The notes: generated from the letters alone by a model not told the origin. Counted from the stretch's first letter, positions 51,401 to 62,417 are shown. The stretch: 64,000 bases of DNA from Antedon mediterranea (GCF_964355755.1 NC_092670.1:37312388-37376387), one strand, 5' to 3'. Program-made: numbers and translations.

Positions 51401-54400
51401 TGTCTTGAATGTTTTACTCAAATTATTTACAATTTTTAATTTATATATATATTTAGAAATCTGACGGGAAATATCATTGAGGAAATTGAAGCCGATGCTT
51501 TTTTTGGACTGGATTCACTAACAACATTGTGAGTAAAAACGTACCTTAAAAATGTTGGTTAATGAACTGGTCTTCAAAAGATTGTCTTGTCTAATAATTT
51601 TTTTAATGTAAAATACCATATAAAGCTTATTTGTACCATTATATTATGTATTAAATTACGGTATATAGTCTATCTATTATTATGATGTAATTTATTATAT
51701 ATCGTTTTCTTCAGAGACTTAAGTTACCAAAATATAAAGAAACTGCCAATAAACGCTTTTCATGGATTACGCCGACTAAGAAGTTTGTAAGTGCAAATTA
51801 AAAGCTTAACTTAATTTCAAAACATACATACACGGCTTTTAGTGCTTAAAATAACGTAGCTCTACTAAATAAAAATAATTTATTAAAGATGTATTGTCCC
51901 ATGAAAAATAATTGTTAGTATATTTTTGTTGTTAAATATGCCATTTTAATGTCACATAATAGTTATCCACTTTCACCAAAAATAGATTAAAACAAATGTA
52001 TTTACCTGAAAAAATGTAATTTATAGCAAAAATAAAAGTTCAAATTGGCTGCTAGCCAATGGATTTTTTAAAACCATTTATTATGTTATTTTATAAGTGA
52101 AAACAGACGTTTGGAACGTTAGAAAATTGCAAATGCAGACACCGATATCAATTCCTTAAAAATATAATTCCTAATGTTAAAAGAACAACAATAGTTTTTA
52201 ATGTATATTTTTGTATTCGTAATTGTATTTTATAGAAATCTACGTGGAAACCATCTCCAATTCATAGTTGCTGGAACATTTAGCGGGCTTTCAAATTTAC
52301 GATCGTTGTAAGTTTTGATAATTTATATTATTGTAATTGCAATTAGAAGCGGATGTTTGTCACTCTGATGTGGCACAACATGTGTTTATATTAAAATAAA
52401 GAAGTGAAAGAGTATTAAAAAAAAGTGAAAAAATTAATATCAAATATCTCTTTGAGGGGATAAAAATGGAGGAAGCGAAACATTTCATAAGCCGTTAAAA
52501 AAAAAATTATGATTCTGTAATCGCAATACTGTAACTCAATTGCGACTGTGTTTTATTCATTCATCAGTGGAAAATTACTTCCATTTATTGTCATTTGCAT
52601 ATAAAATATACATATATATTATGTTTGCTCTGAGATATATAAAAATGAAAAACCAGAACAATTACAAAGTGTCACATCACTCTCGTACGGTATACTGACT
52701 GATTTTTATTTTAGGGATATTACTGAAAACAAAATTAACACAGTGGACAAAAGAGCGTTCAATGGTTTACCATCCTTACAAACCTTGTAAGTATACTTGT
52801 TCTTTCTTAAACATTGATTAAAACATACACAAGTATTTGAGTACACCGCAAGTTCAAAAGCCTATACTTTGCATAGGCGGATTAAGAACGAACTTATTAT
52901 TCGGCTGTGACTCCTTAAGCAAGTTGAAGAGTGGGAAGTTAACCCTCTTTTCATATTATCATGAATCTGCACCTACAACTTTTGAAATCTTTCTAGGTAC
53001 ACAGATGAATATCGTTTTTGTTGCGTTTCAAACGGCGTTCCAAACTGTTTTCCTGAGCCTGACGCGTTCTCATCGTGTGACGATCTGATGTCAAATTATG
53101 TTCTTCGGATAAGCATATGGGTTTTAGGCGCAACAGCATTTCTTGGGAACCTAGTTGTCATAATATGGCGGGTGACACACAGTCGAGATAATAAGGTAAT
53201 TTTGATTTGTTGTCGTTGTTTTGAAGGTTACATCGGACAGACTGGTCATTATTTAGGCCGGCCTAAGTGAACTGTTAGGTTAGGTATGCTGCAAATCTAT
53301 CTTGTTAAAATAATTTGATGTATTAATTAAGATTTGGGATTTGAAGATCTTTATGATTTTGAAATTCGAAACCTTAAAGCCTAGTCACTACACTAGAAAT
53401 CCTTGAGTTTGCCAGCTCATGAAAATCCCAAGTTTGGCAAGACAAAGTTGGCAAGGCAGACAAAGTTAAGAAACTTTGGCAATCTAAGAAAAGGTTTCAG
53501 AAAAAAACAATTTTTGATAACATTTTTGCCGAGGTTTATCAATGCAGAAAGAATCAATTGCAGTCTTTGTAAGTAAAAAAGAATGGGAAAATGCCTCAAT
53601 ACCGTAACTAGTGTGGACATGCAACGGCACCACAGTTTGACTAGATTTAGACAACTTAACTGAGCAGCAGCTGAGAGAACAATTATATTTGATATTTTTT
53701 CTCTAGGTACACTCGTTCCTGATTACAAATTTAGCGGCTGGGGACTTCTGCATGGGAGTTTATCTTCTAATCATAGCCATCGTGGACCTGATATACCGTG
53801 GCGAGTACATCATCCACGACAAGCAGTGGCGGAGCAGTTTATGGTGCCATTTTGCAGGTTTCTTATCAACCTTCTCTAGCGAGCTCTCTGTGTTTAGTCT
53901 GACGATAATAACATTGCAAAGGTTGACATCGATTCTTTTCCCGTTCCGCTCTAAGAACATGGAGCTAGGCTGGGCAATGAAGATGATGGTAGCCACGTGG
54001 CTGCTCGCAATATTCCTTGCCGTTCTACCTCTATGCGGAATTGAATACTTCGGTAATTTCTACGGAAGATCGGGTGTCTGTCTGGCGTTACACATAACGG
54101 GTGAAAAGACATCTGGGTGGGAGTATTCAGTTTTCATATTTCTTGCAATCAACTTTGTTTCGTTTATTATTATAATCGTATCGTATGTGGTGATGTTTGT
54201 TGTGGCACGTCGCACGCAGAGAGCTGTTCGACCACAGAATCACAACGACAGTATGGCAATGCGCATGACCGTGATTGTCATGACTGACTTCTGTTGTTGG
54301 ATACCTATAATATTTCTTGGAATTTCATCGTTACTCGGTGCACCAATCTCACCAAAGGTATCTATATTTTAGGGTCTTATATCGCTTCTGTCCTTTAAGG

Positions 54401-55800
54401 GTACGTTCACACTGAGTCTGGATTTGGTCCTGTGACCGCGAGAAGAATTCGGGCTTCGTTACATTCTATTACAGAGCGCCTACAAATACTACTAGTATTA
54501 TTAATTAAAAGGAAAAGTTTTAAGTTGACGTTTAGATAGAGGTGCCGAATTTGCACCTCTCAAATCGACAGGTAGCGCGTTCCAGGTCCGCGGAGCAGTG
54601 AAAGAAAAACATTGTCACCAGCTTTCCGATCGGAAACGAAAAGTACGTTTTGTACAGAATCCATAAAACATTGATGTGAACGGTTCCTTAAACACTACAT
54701 CCTATTTCTAACCGGTCACCGGACCGGATTTCGGTCTCAATGTAAACATATTATGTTTATGTAGGAGATATACTATACAGCAGGCCTACACTTCTCATGG
54801 TTGAATTTCTTATTCTCTTTTCAAATACTAGGTTTACGCATGGATAGCAGTGTTTGTTCTTCCACTCAACGCGTCTGTTAACCCTTTACTTTACACGCTG
54901 TGGACCTCTCCGTACGTTCGTCGATTCCTGAAGAAGGCCAGGCCGTCATTACGCTCGCTGTCTACGTATTACACTGATACGAGGCACACGAGTGTCACAG
55001 GTATTTGATTGCGTTACCTTGTTAAGGTCAATTTACACACAGACGAGCGGTAACGGTAATTTAAAAAACTATAGAATCTCTGTTATTCCTGTTGACCATT
55101 TACACACAACGTGGAGCGGACGAGCGGTTTCCGCTCACTAGATATGCCAATTGATGAGATGACAAGCTTATCGTTACCACTGTGTAAATTGGCCTTTAAT
55201 AACCATTCTTTTGAAGTCACATAATTGGAAAAAATACAAATGTTTGATGGAAGCGTTGATTATAAAGGTTGATGGCAGAAAGTGGTATTAGAAATTCAGA
55301 TCCCAGAACTAAAGTAAAGCTCTGTCTATCAAGCTTTATGTGACAAAAATGTGCCCATATATGGACATGATGATGTCATATCGCTACCATAATTGGGCAC
55401 ATCACATTTTGTCAAACTATTTTGATAGTGTGGACAGAGCTATAGGCACACATAGCGTATACAGTTCAGATTTCTATGCAGAAAAACAATTTTTACATAA
55501 GTTATACAAATAGCGGGAAATTCAAAAGTATTTCTGACCATGCTGTGATTGTTTCTTCCAAACAAGGAATTTTTCCAGATATAACGTTAATTTGAATTTT
55601 AATTTTCAGAACACCATCGCTCAAGTAATAATTTCAAGTTGAAAACAAGTCAAAGGTCAAAAAAGACTTCAATCAAGTTTTCGCCACCAAAGAATAATAA
55701 CAGCACCACAAAACGGATGACGGATGGAAATATCATGTCAGACGATGAACAGTGTAACAAGTTACTCTCAAGCCAAAGAAAACAAGAATCGTTTCAATAA
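33408..55800 (+). CDS. GRL101: GRL101-like G-protein coupled receptor (12 LDLa + LRR + 7TM, about 1135 aa)
   Basis: join(33408..33444,42814..42996,43609..43716,43837..43953,44920..45048,45582..45791,46327..46446,46782..46946,47290..47400,47826..47960,48593..48718,49055..49174,50005..50140,50417..50485,50588..50659,51019..51090,51457..51528,51715..51786,52236..52307,52715..52786,52997..53195,53707..54357,54832..55000,55610..55800); 3408 nt open. Phase-1 LDLa exons, phase-2 69/72-nt LRR exons, hinge [46 protein letters not shown]. The first exon is the least certain part. Confidence 0.9.
33711..33987. mobile_element. Kolobok-type MITE family K
   Basis: ATTGTCCCC ... GGGGAACAATACATCT; body aligns to 36087..36346. 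Confidence 0.7.
34881..35025. mobile_element. Harbinger-type MITE family A, right TIR lost
   Basis: Left TIR and core match the family. Confidence 0.75.
36087..36346. mobile_element. Kolobok-type MITE family K
   Basis: TTAA duplication on both sides, AG...CT termini, TIR AGATGTATTGT / ACAATACATCT. Confidence 0.82.
36405..36602. repeat. 39-bp minisatellite (ATTATATACTCTGCCATACAATTCGTACTCACAGTGCAG) x5
   Basis: Five almost identical head-to-tail units. Confidence 0.95.
36780..36900. mobile_element. Harbinger-type MITE family A, degenerate
   Basis: Left TIR AGCTCTGTCTACACTA and partial core. Confidence 0.7.
37320..37460. mobile_element. Kolobok-type MITE family K, left half
   Basis: TTAA + AGATGTATTGTCCC and shared body to AAATTGGCTGCC. 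Confidence 0.72.
38161..38367. repeat. About 80-bp local direct duplication
   Basis: GCCGTTTATCCAATAA.ACTCGCATTGTTTTATATAAGCAACATAAT occurs twice about 125 nt apart. Confidence 0.8.
38571..38652 (-). repeat. Interspersed repeat 3' end (retroposon-like)
   Basis: Paralogue of 29091..29173; ends GAATAAAAAA on the - strand. Confidence 0.65.
38762..38897. mobile_element. Harbinger-type MITE family A, degenerate
   Basis: Core ATGGTAGTGATATGACATCATCATGTCCATATATGG with decayed TIRs. Confidence 0.72.
39603..39726 (+). mobile_element. Helentron-associated (HINE/DINE-1-like) element
   Basis: T-run start, subterminal inverted repeats AGTCGC.../...GCACGCGACT, central (GTCG/GTTG)n, 3' hairpin, TT end. 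Confidence 0.7.
39768..39899. mobile_element. Harbinger-type MITE family A
   Basis: AGCCTTGTCTACACTATAAAAC ... GTTTGATAGTGTAGACA. Confidence 0.75.
40849..41146. mobile_element. Harbinger-type MITE family B with a nested copy of the same family (40897..41035)
   Basis: Two left and two right TIRs; inner copy bounded by TAA duplication at 40894-40896 and 41036-41038. Confidence 0.85.
41418..41556. mobile_element. Harbinger-type MITE family A
   Basis: TIRs and full core. Confidence 0.85.
42114..42414. repeat. 23-bp minisatellite (CAGGTCAGGATTGAACCCTGGAA) x about 13
   Basis: Visible tandem units with two sub-variants (CCGGCA left, CTGGAA right). Confidence 0.92.
44020..44670. repeat. About 43-bp pyrimidine-rich minisatellite (CACCAGTAGATTGCCTCTTTCCACTTTTTCCATCTTCTGCGTT)
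   Basis: About 12-13 units in the GRL101 intron 43954..44919. Confidence 0.92.
47581..47755 (-). mobile_element. tRNA-derived SINE, family S1
   Basis: Reverse complement reads GTGGAGCTGTGGCTTGGTGGTTATGATGC...GGGTTCAAGTCC; paralogue of 8040..8233. Confidence 0.8.
48912..48965. mobile_element. Harbinger-type MITE family A, internally deleted mini copy
   Basis: Both TIRs and TAA flanks around only about 20 nt of interior. Confidence 0.75.
49182..49343. mobile_element. hAT-type MITE, same family, opposite orientation
   Basis: Starts CAGTGGCGTAA, shares CCCTGGGTTTAGCCAGT.AGCGCCCA with the reverse of 25932..26072; 8-bp duplication CGTAAGTT (49174-49181, 49344-49351). Confidence 0.75.
49781..49915. 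mobile_element. Harbinger-type MITE family A
   Basis: TIRs AGCTCTGTCTACACTAT / ATAGTGTAGACAGAGCT with TAA duplication on both sides. Confidence 0.9.
51887..52105. mobile_element. Kolobok-type MITE family K, left part
   Basis: TTAA + AGATGTATTGTCCC and shared body. Confidence 0.72.
54399..54750. mobile_element. Decayed TIR element containing an L2 fragment
   Basis: GTTCACACTGAGTCTGGATTTGGTCCTGTGACCG mirrors CGGTCACCGGACCGGATTTCGGTCTCAATGTAAAC. Confidence 0.55.
54455..54650 (-). mobile_element. L2/CR1-group LINE 3' fragment
   Basis: - strand translates (one frameshift) [25 protein letters not shown]...KRQLKTF*, the typical ORF2 C-terminus. Confidence 0.75.
55025..55195. mobile_element. Harbinger-type MITE, family C
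   Basis: TIRs AGGTCAATTTACACA / TGTGTAAATTGGCCT; TTA duplication on both sides. Confidence 0.8.
55318..55441. mobile_element. Harbinger-type MITE family A
   Basis: TIRs and core match the family. Confidence 0.82.
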
Positions 55801-57174
55801 CCATATCGAAAGATTTGCGCATGACCAAAAAGTCAAATAGAGCTCGGGCGCTGGGTATATATGGTGAAGCGTCACGTAAGCAAAATGCAGGAAGGGGACT
55901 TTTTTTTCAAGCGTATAAAAACCGAATAACACATCTACATTTTTCTGGGTGCATATTACATTTTGATAAAACTACGGGTACATAAAAAGTATATGGGTGC
56001 GCGCGAAATGAAATGAACTGTGTAATTTATGCAGCCTTTATGCTGCTGCTCACAGCTAGCTACCAGCAGAAGGCATACAAGTGCTTGTTTCATATTAATA
56101 GGGCTTCGCCTAATACCTGTGTGTATTGTATAAAGTTGTTAAATATAAGGACGTAGAATAAAAGTATTTATTATTACAAATATTTACCTAACTATATAAC
56201 TTGTAAATGAATATATATATTTAAGTTTTTATGGATACAATATTATGTGAAATAAATAATTTAGAAAAACGTACTATATGTGTTGGAATATTGTTAAATG
56301 TGTGGTTACTTGTATTAATCAAAAGGCAAATTAATTTTAAAAAAACACTGCTGTAGATATCAGTGGCTGGATCTCAACGGAGTTATTATCATTACTCACA
56401 CACTTTATAATAGAAAACTGCATTCTTCTGAGATATCCATCTTTTATTTTATTCAAAAATATGTAAATGCATCTTTCACGTTCCATAGTTCCTAGTGTCA
56501 TTGTTAATTTATGGTGGCGCACTTGAGGCTCGTAACGTTCGACACACGAACAAAACACAACACACGAAAAAACAAGACAAAATCCTGAAATAAATAACGT
56601 GTGTAAGTAAATAAATACATTGTTTTCCATTTTATGCATTGAAGTTAATTATAAACGAGAGTGGCTTCTTTGAGCTAGGCTTAATTTGTAGATATAATTA
56701 AACTAGCTAGGCCTATCCTAGGCTAGCCGCGACTCCACAGCAGGTACGGTACGAACGATTGTTTGGTAAGACTAGCCTAGGCCTAGAGGCTAGTCTCAGT
56801 CAGGACCTGTCCTAAACGTAAATTTAGGTCTAGGTCTACTAGTTTAGAGGCTTTGACGGACTTAGTCGAGGTTGTCCACTATAGTCTAGCTAGAGTAAGC
56901 TAACTAGCCCCCTACTCAATCAAGGCCAAGTTTAGACAGTATTATTACTATATAATTAGTACCATATTAGTTAGTAGACTAGAAGTCTGCGCTTTGGTCC
57001 CACACCGCACTGCCTGTGCTGCTCTGGCTGGCAATACCACAAACAAATGAGTATCTCTGGTGGTTAGTAATGGTATCATCATGCATGGCAAGCCGAATAG
57101 GCCATGATTACAGACAGACACTGGTTTATATTCTTTACACTTACAGGCTCATTGTGTGATTATTCATTTATGTG

Positions 57175-58991
57175 ATGGCCAATAGAGAGTCAGCGCTGAA
57201 TCCAACGGCTCTATGCCAGATGGGGCAAGAGACTGTGCAGGAGCTTGTGATGAAAACAATGGAATTGTTTAATTTACTCAAAACAACACAGGTATGACAA
57301 TACAATATGTATATTCCCATTATTTTATAACCCATTGTCTAACCCCATCCTTGTCTAATCTCATCCTTGTCTAATCCCACCCTTGTATAATCGCACCCTT
57401 GTCTAATCCCACCCTTGTCTAATCTCCCACCCTTGTCTAATCCCTCCCTTGTCTAACCCCACTCTTGTCTAATCCCGCCCTTATCTAACCCCACCCTTGT
57501 ATAATCCCATCCTTGTCTAATCCCGCCCTTGTCTAATCCCGCCCTTGTCTAACCCCACTCTTGTCTAACCCCACCTTGTCTAATCCCATCCTTGTCTAAT
57601 CCCATCCTTGTCTAATCCCACCCTTGTCTAATCCCGCCCTTGTCTAATCCCACCCTTGTCTAATCCCATCCTTCATTAATTTCATCCATATATATTAGAA
57701 CTTCCCATTATACTGAAAATTGTATTCGCTCTAAACTCTCTAATGTAATAATAGTTATTTGTATTCTTAGACAATTGTTTCTTCTAAACTGAAAGCTCTC
57801 CATATCATAAGGAAACTTATATCTTTTTATAAAATATTATTAGCTACCAAACGGCGTTCATTTTCGATATGCAAACCATCAAGACCGCAAGAAAAAAATT
57901 GATGAACAACTGCACAGTATTACTGTCTTGTTTCGTCAACTAAAGATTGTCTATGAGAAGTGTAAAGAAAATTGTAATGCACTAGAACTTTCATCCACGC
58001 CAATGGTAAAGTTTTTTTTGTTTTTATTGCCTTGGTAAATTTAACCAAGGTACTGTAAATTTGTGTGTTCGGATTAGTTTTTTCTTGGTCAATTTAGCTG
58101 GCGACTCGGTTAATTTGGCCAAATCCAGTGCGAACAAGGCTTATAACATCCTGGTTGTAGCAAAATGAAATCTTCTCCTACTAACGATGTAGCCCTTCAT
58201 TAATTAATTACTTCCATTTTAGGCATCGCAAATTCCATGGGCTAATGAACAAAACCAAGAGAAACCAATTCCTGAACGACAACAGAGGATGGCTGAAACA
58301 ATTCAGGTATTATAATTGTATTTTTGATTAAATTGCATTCCTAAACATTTTTTAAATTTGTATATTTATAATCTATTTTAAATTATAATACTTCTTTCTT
58401 AAGTAGTGCATAAAAGAAATATACAAATACAATTATATTCTAATAAATGAATCCCAAGTAAATTGAGTGAAGCAAAAATGATTGCATAGAAAACATGCTT
58501 TTATAAATAAAGGCTTAACTAATTGGAAGCCGTGTTCAAGCGCGAGTGAGTAAGTGGCCAAACGGTTAAGACAGTGGAACCATAATACATAGCCATAATA
58601 TCGGCAAGGTTTCGAGACTCACTCACTCCATGGTTCTGGTGGTAGAACAAGTCTTCTCGGATGATGAGGACTATGCACCGTATGTCCAGTGTACACAAAA
58701 TGCTTATATGCACTTTAAAGAACCTAGTACATCTTTCAAGACGAGTAGGAGGTTGCACCCCGGTGTACTACTTCACACAGCCACTGTCACACACTTAAAA
58801 AGTAGGCCTAGTTTTGTAATAATAAATTTGTTGATAACTTATGAAGACGAAGAAACGCAATTTTTTTTTGTGATTTGTTGTAGAATATTGAAGCAAAAAA
58901 TCGAAAGTTAAAACTGATGATGGAACAGATACGAACCATAATATGGGATATCAACACAATGATGGCTATGCGAAATGCTGGTATCACTTGA
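57175..58991 (+). CDS. MED30: Mediator of RNA polymerase II transcription subunit 30 (about 156 aa)
   Basis: join(57175..57291,57844..58005,58223..58306,58884..58991). LCQMGQETVQELVMKTMELF, QLPNGV, LFRQLKIVYEKC and MEQIRTIIWDINTMMAMRN match MED30. Probable 5' UTR exon ends at 56602 (GTAAGT donor; acceptor at 57146). Confidence 0.92.
57333..57673. repeat. 16-bp minisatellite (CCTTGTCTAATCCCAC) x about 21
   Basis: Visible tandem units in the MED30 intron 57292..57843. Confidence 0.95.
58540..58800 (+). mobile_element. tRNA-derived SINE with Deu/Nin-like central domain (MED30 intron)
   Basis: TGGCCAAACGG A box; core GCACTTTAAAGAACC...GAGTAGGAGGTTGCACCCCGGTGT. Confidence 0.72.
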
Positions 58992-60240
58992 CTTTAACGT
59001 GGATAACGAGGTCAAACCAGCTATAAAAAGCACTTAAAGTTAAAAAACAAAAATGTTGTGTGCCATCAGGGAAACAGAAGCAAAGAAAAATACCTAAGTG
59101 TATAGAAGACTAAACATCCTAATGTACCATTTCTTGAATGAAAATGCCATACTCGCATAGATGAAGGTCTGTGCACTTTGGGCTTATACTGTATGATGCT
59201 AACAGACATTTATATTATCATAAATATCAGTATATAAAAGTTGAATGCAAAAATAGAGACTTTAAACCACCCAGTGATGCTAACAATGTTTTAGCAACTT
59301 TGTGTAGATAAAAAAACAATTTTTAACTTTTTCATACCATCAAATAGCAAATACATGACTCGCCAAGAATGAGAACCCCATTTTTTAAACCAAGGCTTGT
59401 GTAGTAACACTTGCCGTAATATAAAACAAAATAACAGAAAAAAAAGCCATTAATCTCAAGTTAATGCTGTATTGCGTGTTTATAAAGCTTTGTACATTAA
59501 TAGAAAAACATTAATAAAGATAGAAAAACGTTTGTGTAATGCGTTTGTACTGTAAATTAATATTTTTGGGTAAAACCACAATTATATTTTTCACTCCCAA
59601 TTATTTATTTACGATCGCCACCACCAGATCATTACGTTTTTATCCAGTTCATGTATACATATGACACGCCATGTGTGCCAAAATATTTATCTTTTTACCA
59701 ATTACGACTGCACGGTATTGAAGTTTCATTTATTTATTTCGTTTGTTTTGATTCGTTTGCGTTCAATAAATCGACAAATTAACCGTGTATCCCCTCGCAG
59801 CTCATCCCCCCCAAAATCAGAATGAAGTAGTCCAAAATGGAGTCACCATGACTTGTTTGACACCAATTTTTCCCAGGCCCGTTTTATAGGTTTTAATCCA
59901 GTAATTTTAGGCTGAAAATTAATCCGGTTTGAATACCACAAACCATTATCCGTAAATGAAGTTACACACTGTCCACAAAAGCTTTATTTGTGGCGAGTAT
60001 AATATCACAAAGCTTGAATGTGTAACAAATCAATATTCAATCAAAATTTCACTTGTTAAACACTGTGTGCTTTTTTGGCAATCGTTGATTAGGCCTAAAC
60101 TGTTTTACTGTTTTATTTTTGACAATTCAAAATTGACTTATCGTTTTGACAACAATACTTATTATGTATCGCCTAGTACATAATTCCGCTACGCGCTCTT
60201 TACAAAAAAAAAGTAATAGGCCTACCAATAAAATTGACTA

Positions 60241-60351
60241 CTGTAAATCTTTTAATAGTAACCCACTACTCTAATAACAACCCCCTCCCCTTCTAATAGT
60301 AACCCACCCTTAAAGAATAATAACCCATGGTTACAATTAGAAGATTTACGG
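60241..60351. mobile_element. Tc1/mariner(pogo)-type MITE
   Basis: TA flanks; TIRs CTGTAAATCTTTTAATAGTAACC / GGTTACAATTAGAAGATTTACGG. Confidence 0.8.
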
Positions 60352-60830
60352 TATCCCCCGTCGCACACATCCCCTATATTATTGAGAATAACGGGTAGCG
60401 TATGATTTTTGTGTTTGCAGTAAACTGCGGTAATAACCAGTAAACGTAGTAGCTGCAAGGGTTGCTCCACTCCCCAAGCCTCAAATGAGACTTCGTTTAT
60501 AAGCACGATAACTTATAAAATCCATCCTGTAATGTAATGTAATAATTTTGGATGCGTATGGGAAAACAAATTGTAATTTTAGTATTGTAATAAACTACAG
60601 GATACAGCAATCGTTGTTTTGTCTTTTTTTTATTCACATCAAACACCACCATTTAGCCTGTACCCTAAATCAAATCTACTTTGTAAAAACATCATTAATT
60701 TTTAAAGTAATGCAATTGTATAAACAGACAGTATTGTACTGTACTAATATTTTTAATTTATAAATTCAGGTTTACAAGATAAAAATCGAAAATGTATATA
60801 ATATAAAGAATACCATCTAAATTTCAATTA

Positions 60831-61207
60831 CAATAGAACCCCTTCTTTGGAACGCCTAATCATGTGACTACAGATGACGCCATCTCATACCAAGAAGACA
60901 TTTTAGGTCCCAAAGTTATTGTCTTAATATGGATGGAACATCTCATAACAGGGAGACATTTTAGGTCCCAAAGTTATTGTCTTAATATGGATGGAACATC
61001 TCATAACAGGGAGAAATTTTAGGTCCCAAAGTTATTGTCTTAATATATGGATGGAACATCTCATAACAAGGAGACATTTTAGGTCCCAATGTCTTAATAC
61101 GAGTTTTACTGTTTACACATTGATGGAACATCTTGTCAGGTGACGCCATCTCATACCAAGGAGACATTTCAGGTCCCAAAGTTATTGTATTAATAGGAGC
61201 TCTACTG
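60831..61207. mobile_element. Decayed Tc1/mariner-type MITE with internal 58-bp tandem array
   Basis: TA+CAATAGAACC left end, GCTCTACTG right end; units start at 60881, 60939, 60997, 61057 with a partial fifth. Confidence 0.65.
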
Positions 61208-61946
61208 TGTACAATAAATTCTTAGTAATAACTAACTATTTAGAAAATGAACGATAAACTTCGAATTATCGAATAATTATTTGCACGACTATCCTGACCT
61301 TCATCCTCAGTGTTTCTATAAAAAAAGAAAACACTTCGAAGACAATTTATTTAAAATTGTGCATCGGATGAATGTAAACACAATTATAGAACTTACAATG
61401 ATGAAAAAGTGGATTTAACATTTAAATGCTCTGATTTTGGTGAAAAGGTAAATCTATACAAATAATATAACAATTGCAACAACGTTAATGGCAATTAAAA
61501 GCAAGTAAAAGGAAATTATATGTGCATAGCATCACTCACGATATTATACATTCAATATAGCTGCATTTCAAGCTGTCAGAAAATATTGATCAATTTTTGT
61601 TTGGTATAAAACAAAACGCAAAATAAGCTTATTAACAGAGAGACCTATTATTCGTTTAATGGTCAATTACCCACAATTTATTAAGCTGTTAAGTCAATGA
61701 AGAACCGTTTAATTGGACACACAAAGGGGGCGGGATGAGGATGGGAATCATAGTAGCCTGTTTACGGTTCGCAAAAGTTCCGGCAAAATAAAAGGTGTGC
61801 AACCTATGCTATTCTAAACTAACTAATTATTATTTTGTATGTTAATATCGACAACATTAATGCCTGTTTATATCATGTGCGCTTGCGTTAGGTGGTTGAC
61901 AATGATGACATTAGATTACGTACATGTATTATGCGTGGATCTATAA

Positions 61947-62125
61947 AGCGTGGTTCCCACTAGCGACGCAACACAAGGACGTAACGCAACGCAAGTGAAT
62001 TGACCAATCACAAGCGATGGCTTATTCGCTTGTGATTGCAAACTGTCTATAACTTCGCTTGTCATTGGTTAAAACGCTTGCGTTGCGTTTACGTCCTTGC
62101 GTTACGTTCTAGTGGGAACCAAGCT
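61947..62125. mobile_element. Harbinger-type MITE family B (subfamily B1)
   Basis: TIRs AGCGTGGTTCCCACTAG / CTAGTGGGAACCAAGCT; largely palindromic body. Confidence 0.88.
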
Positions 62126-62202
62126 TTAATGATGTACACGTAACAACCAATCGTGTGATAGTGTACAGCTGCGCTTGTATGCAAACGTACAAAACTTTCT
62201 TA

Positions 62203-62417
62203 AGCGTGGTTCCCACTAGAACGCAACGCACCGACGTACGTACGTATAGACCCAAAGTGCTGTGTTGCGTAATCACAAGTGGAAACCGACGACGCAATAG
62301 TGCTGCAAACATCGTAAGTTTGATTTCACGCAGGCGGGGGCAAACACACTGATTGGAAGAGCATTGTCTTACGTTGCGTAGCCTGCGTTACGTTGCGTCA
62401 CTAGTGGGAACCAAGCT
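62203..62417. mobile_element. Harbinger-type MITE family B (subfamily B2)
   Basis: Same TIRs with TTA duplication on both sides; paralogue of 21850..22051. Confidence 0.88.
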
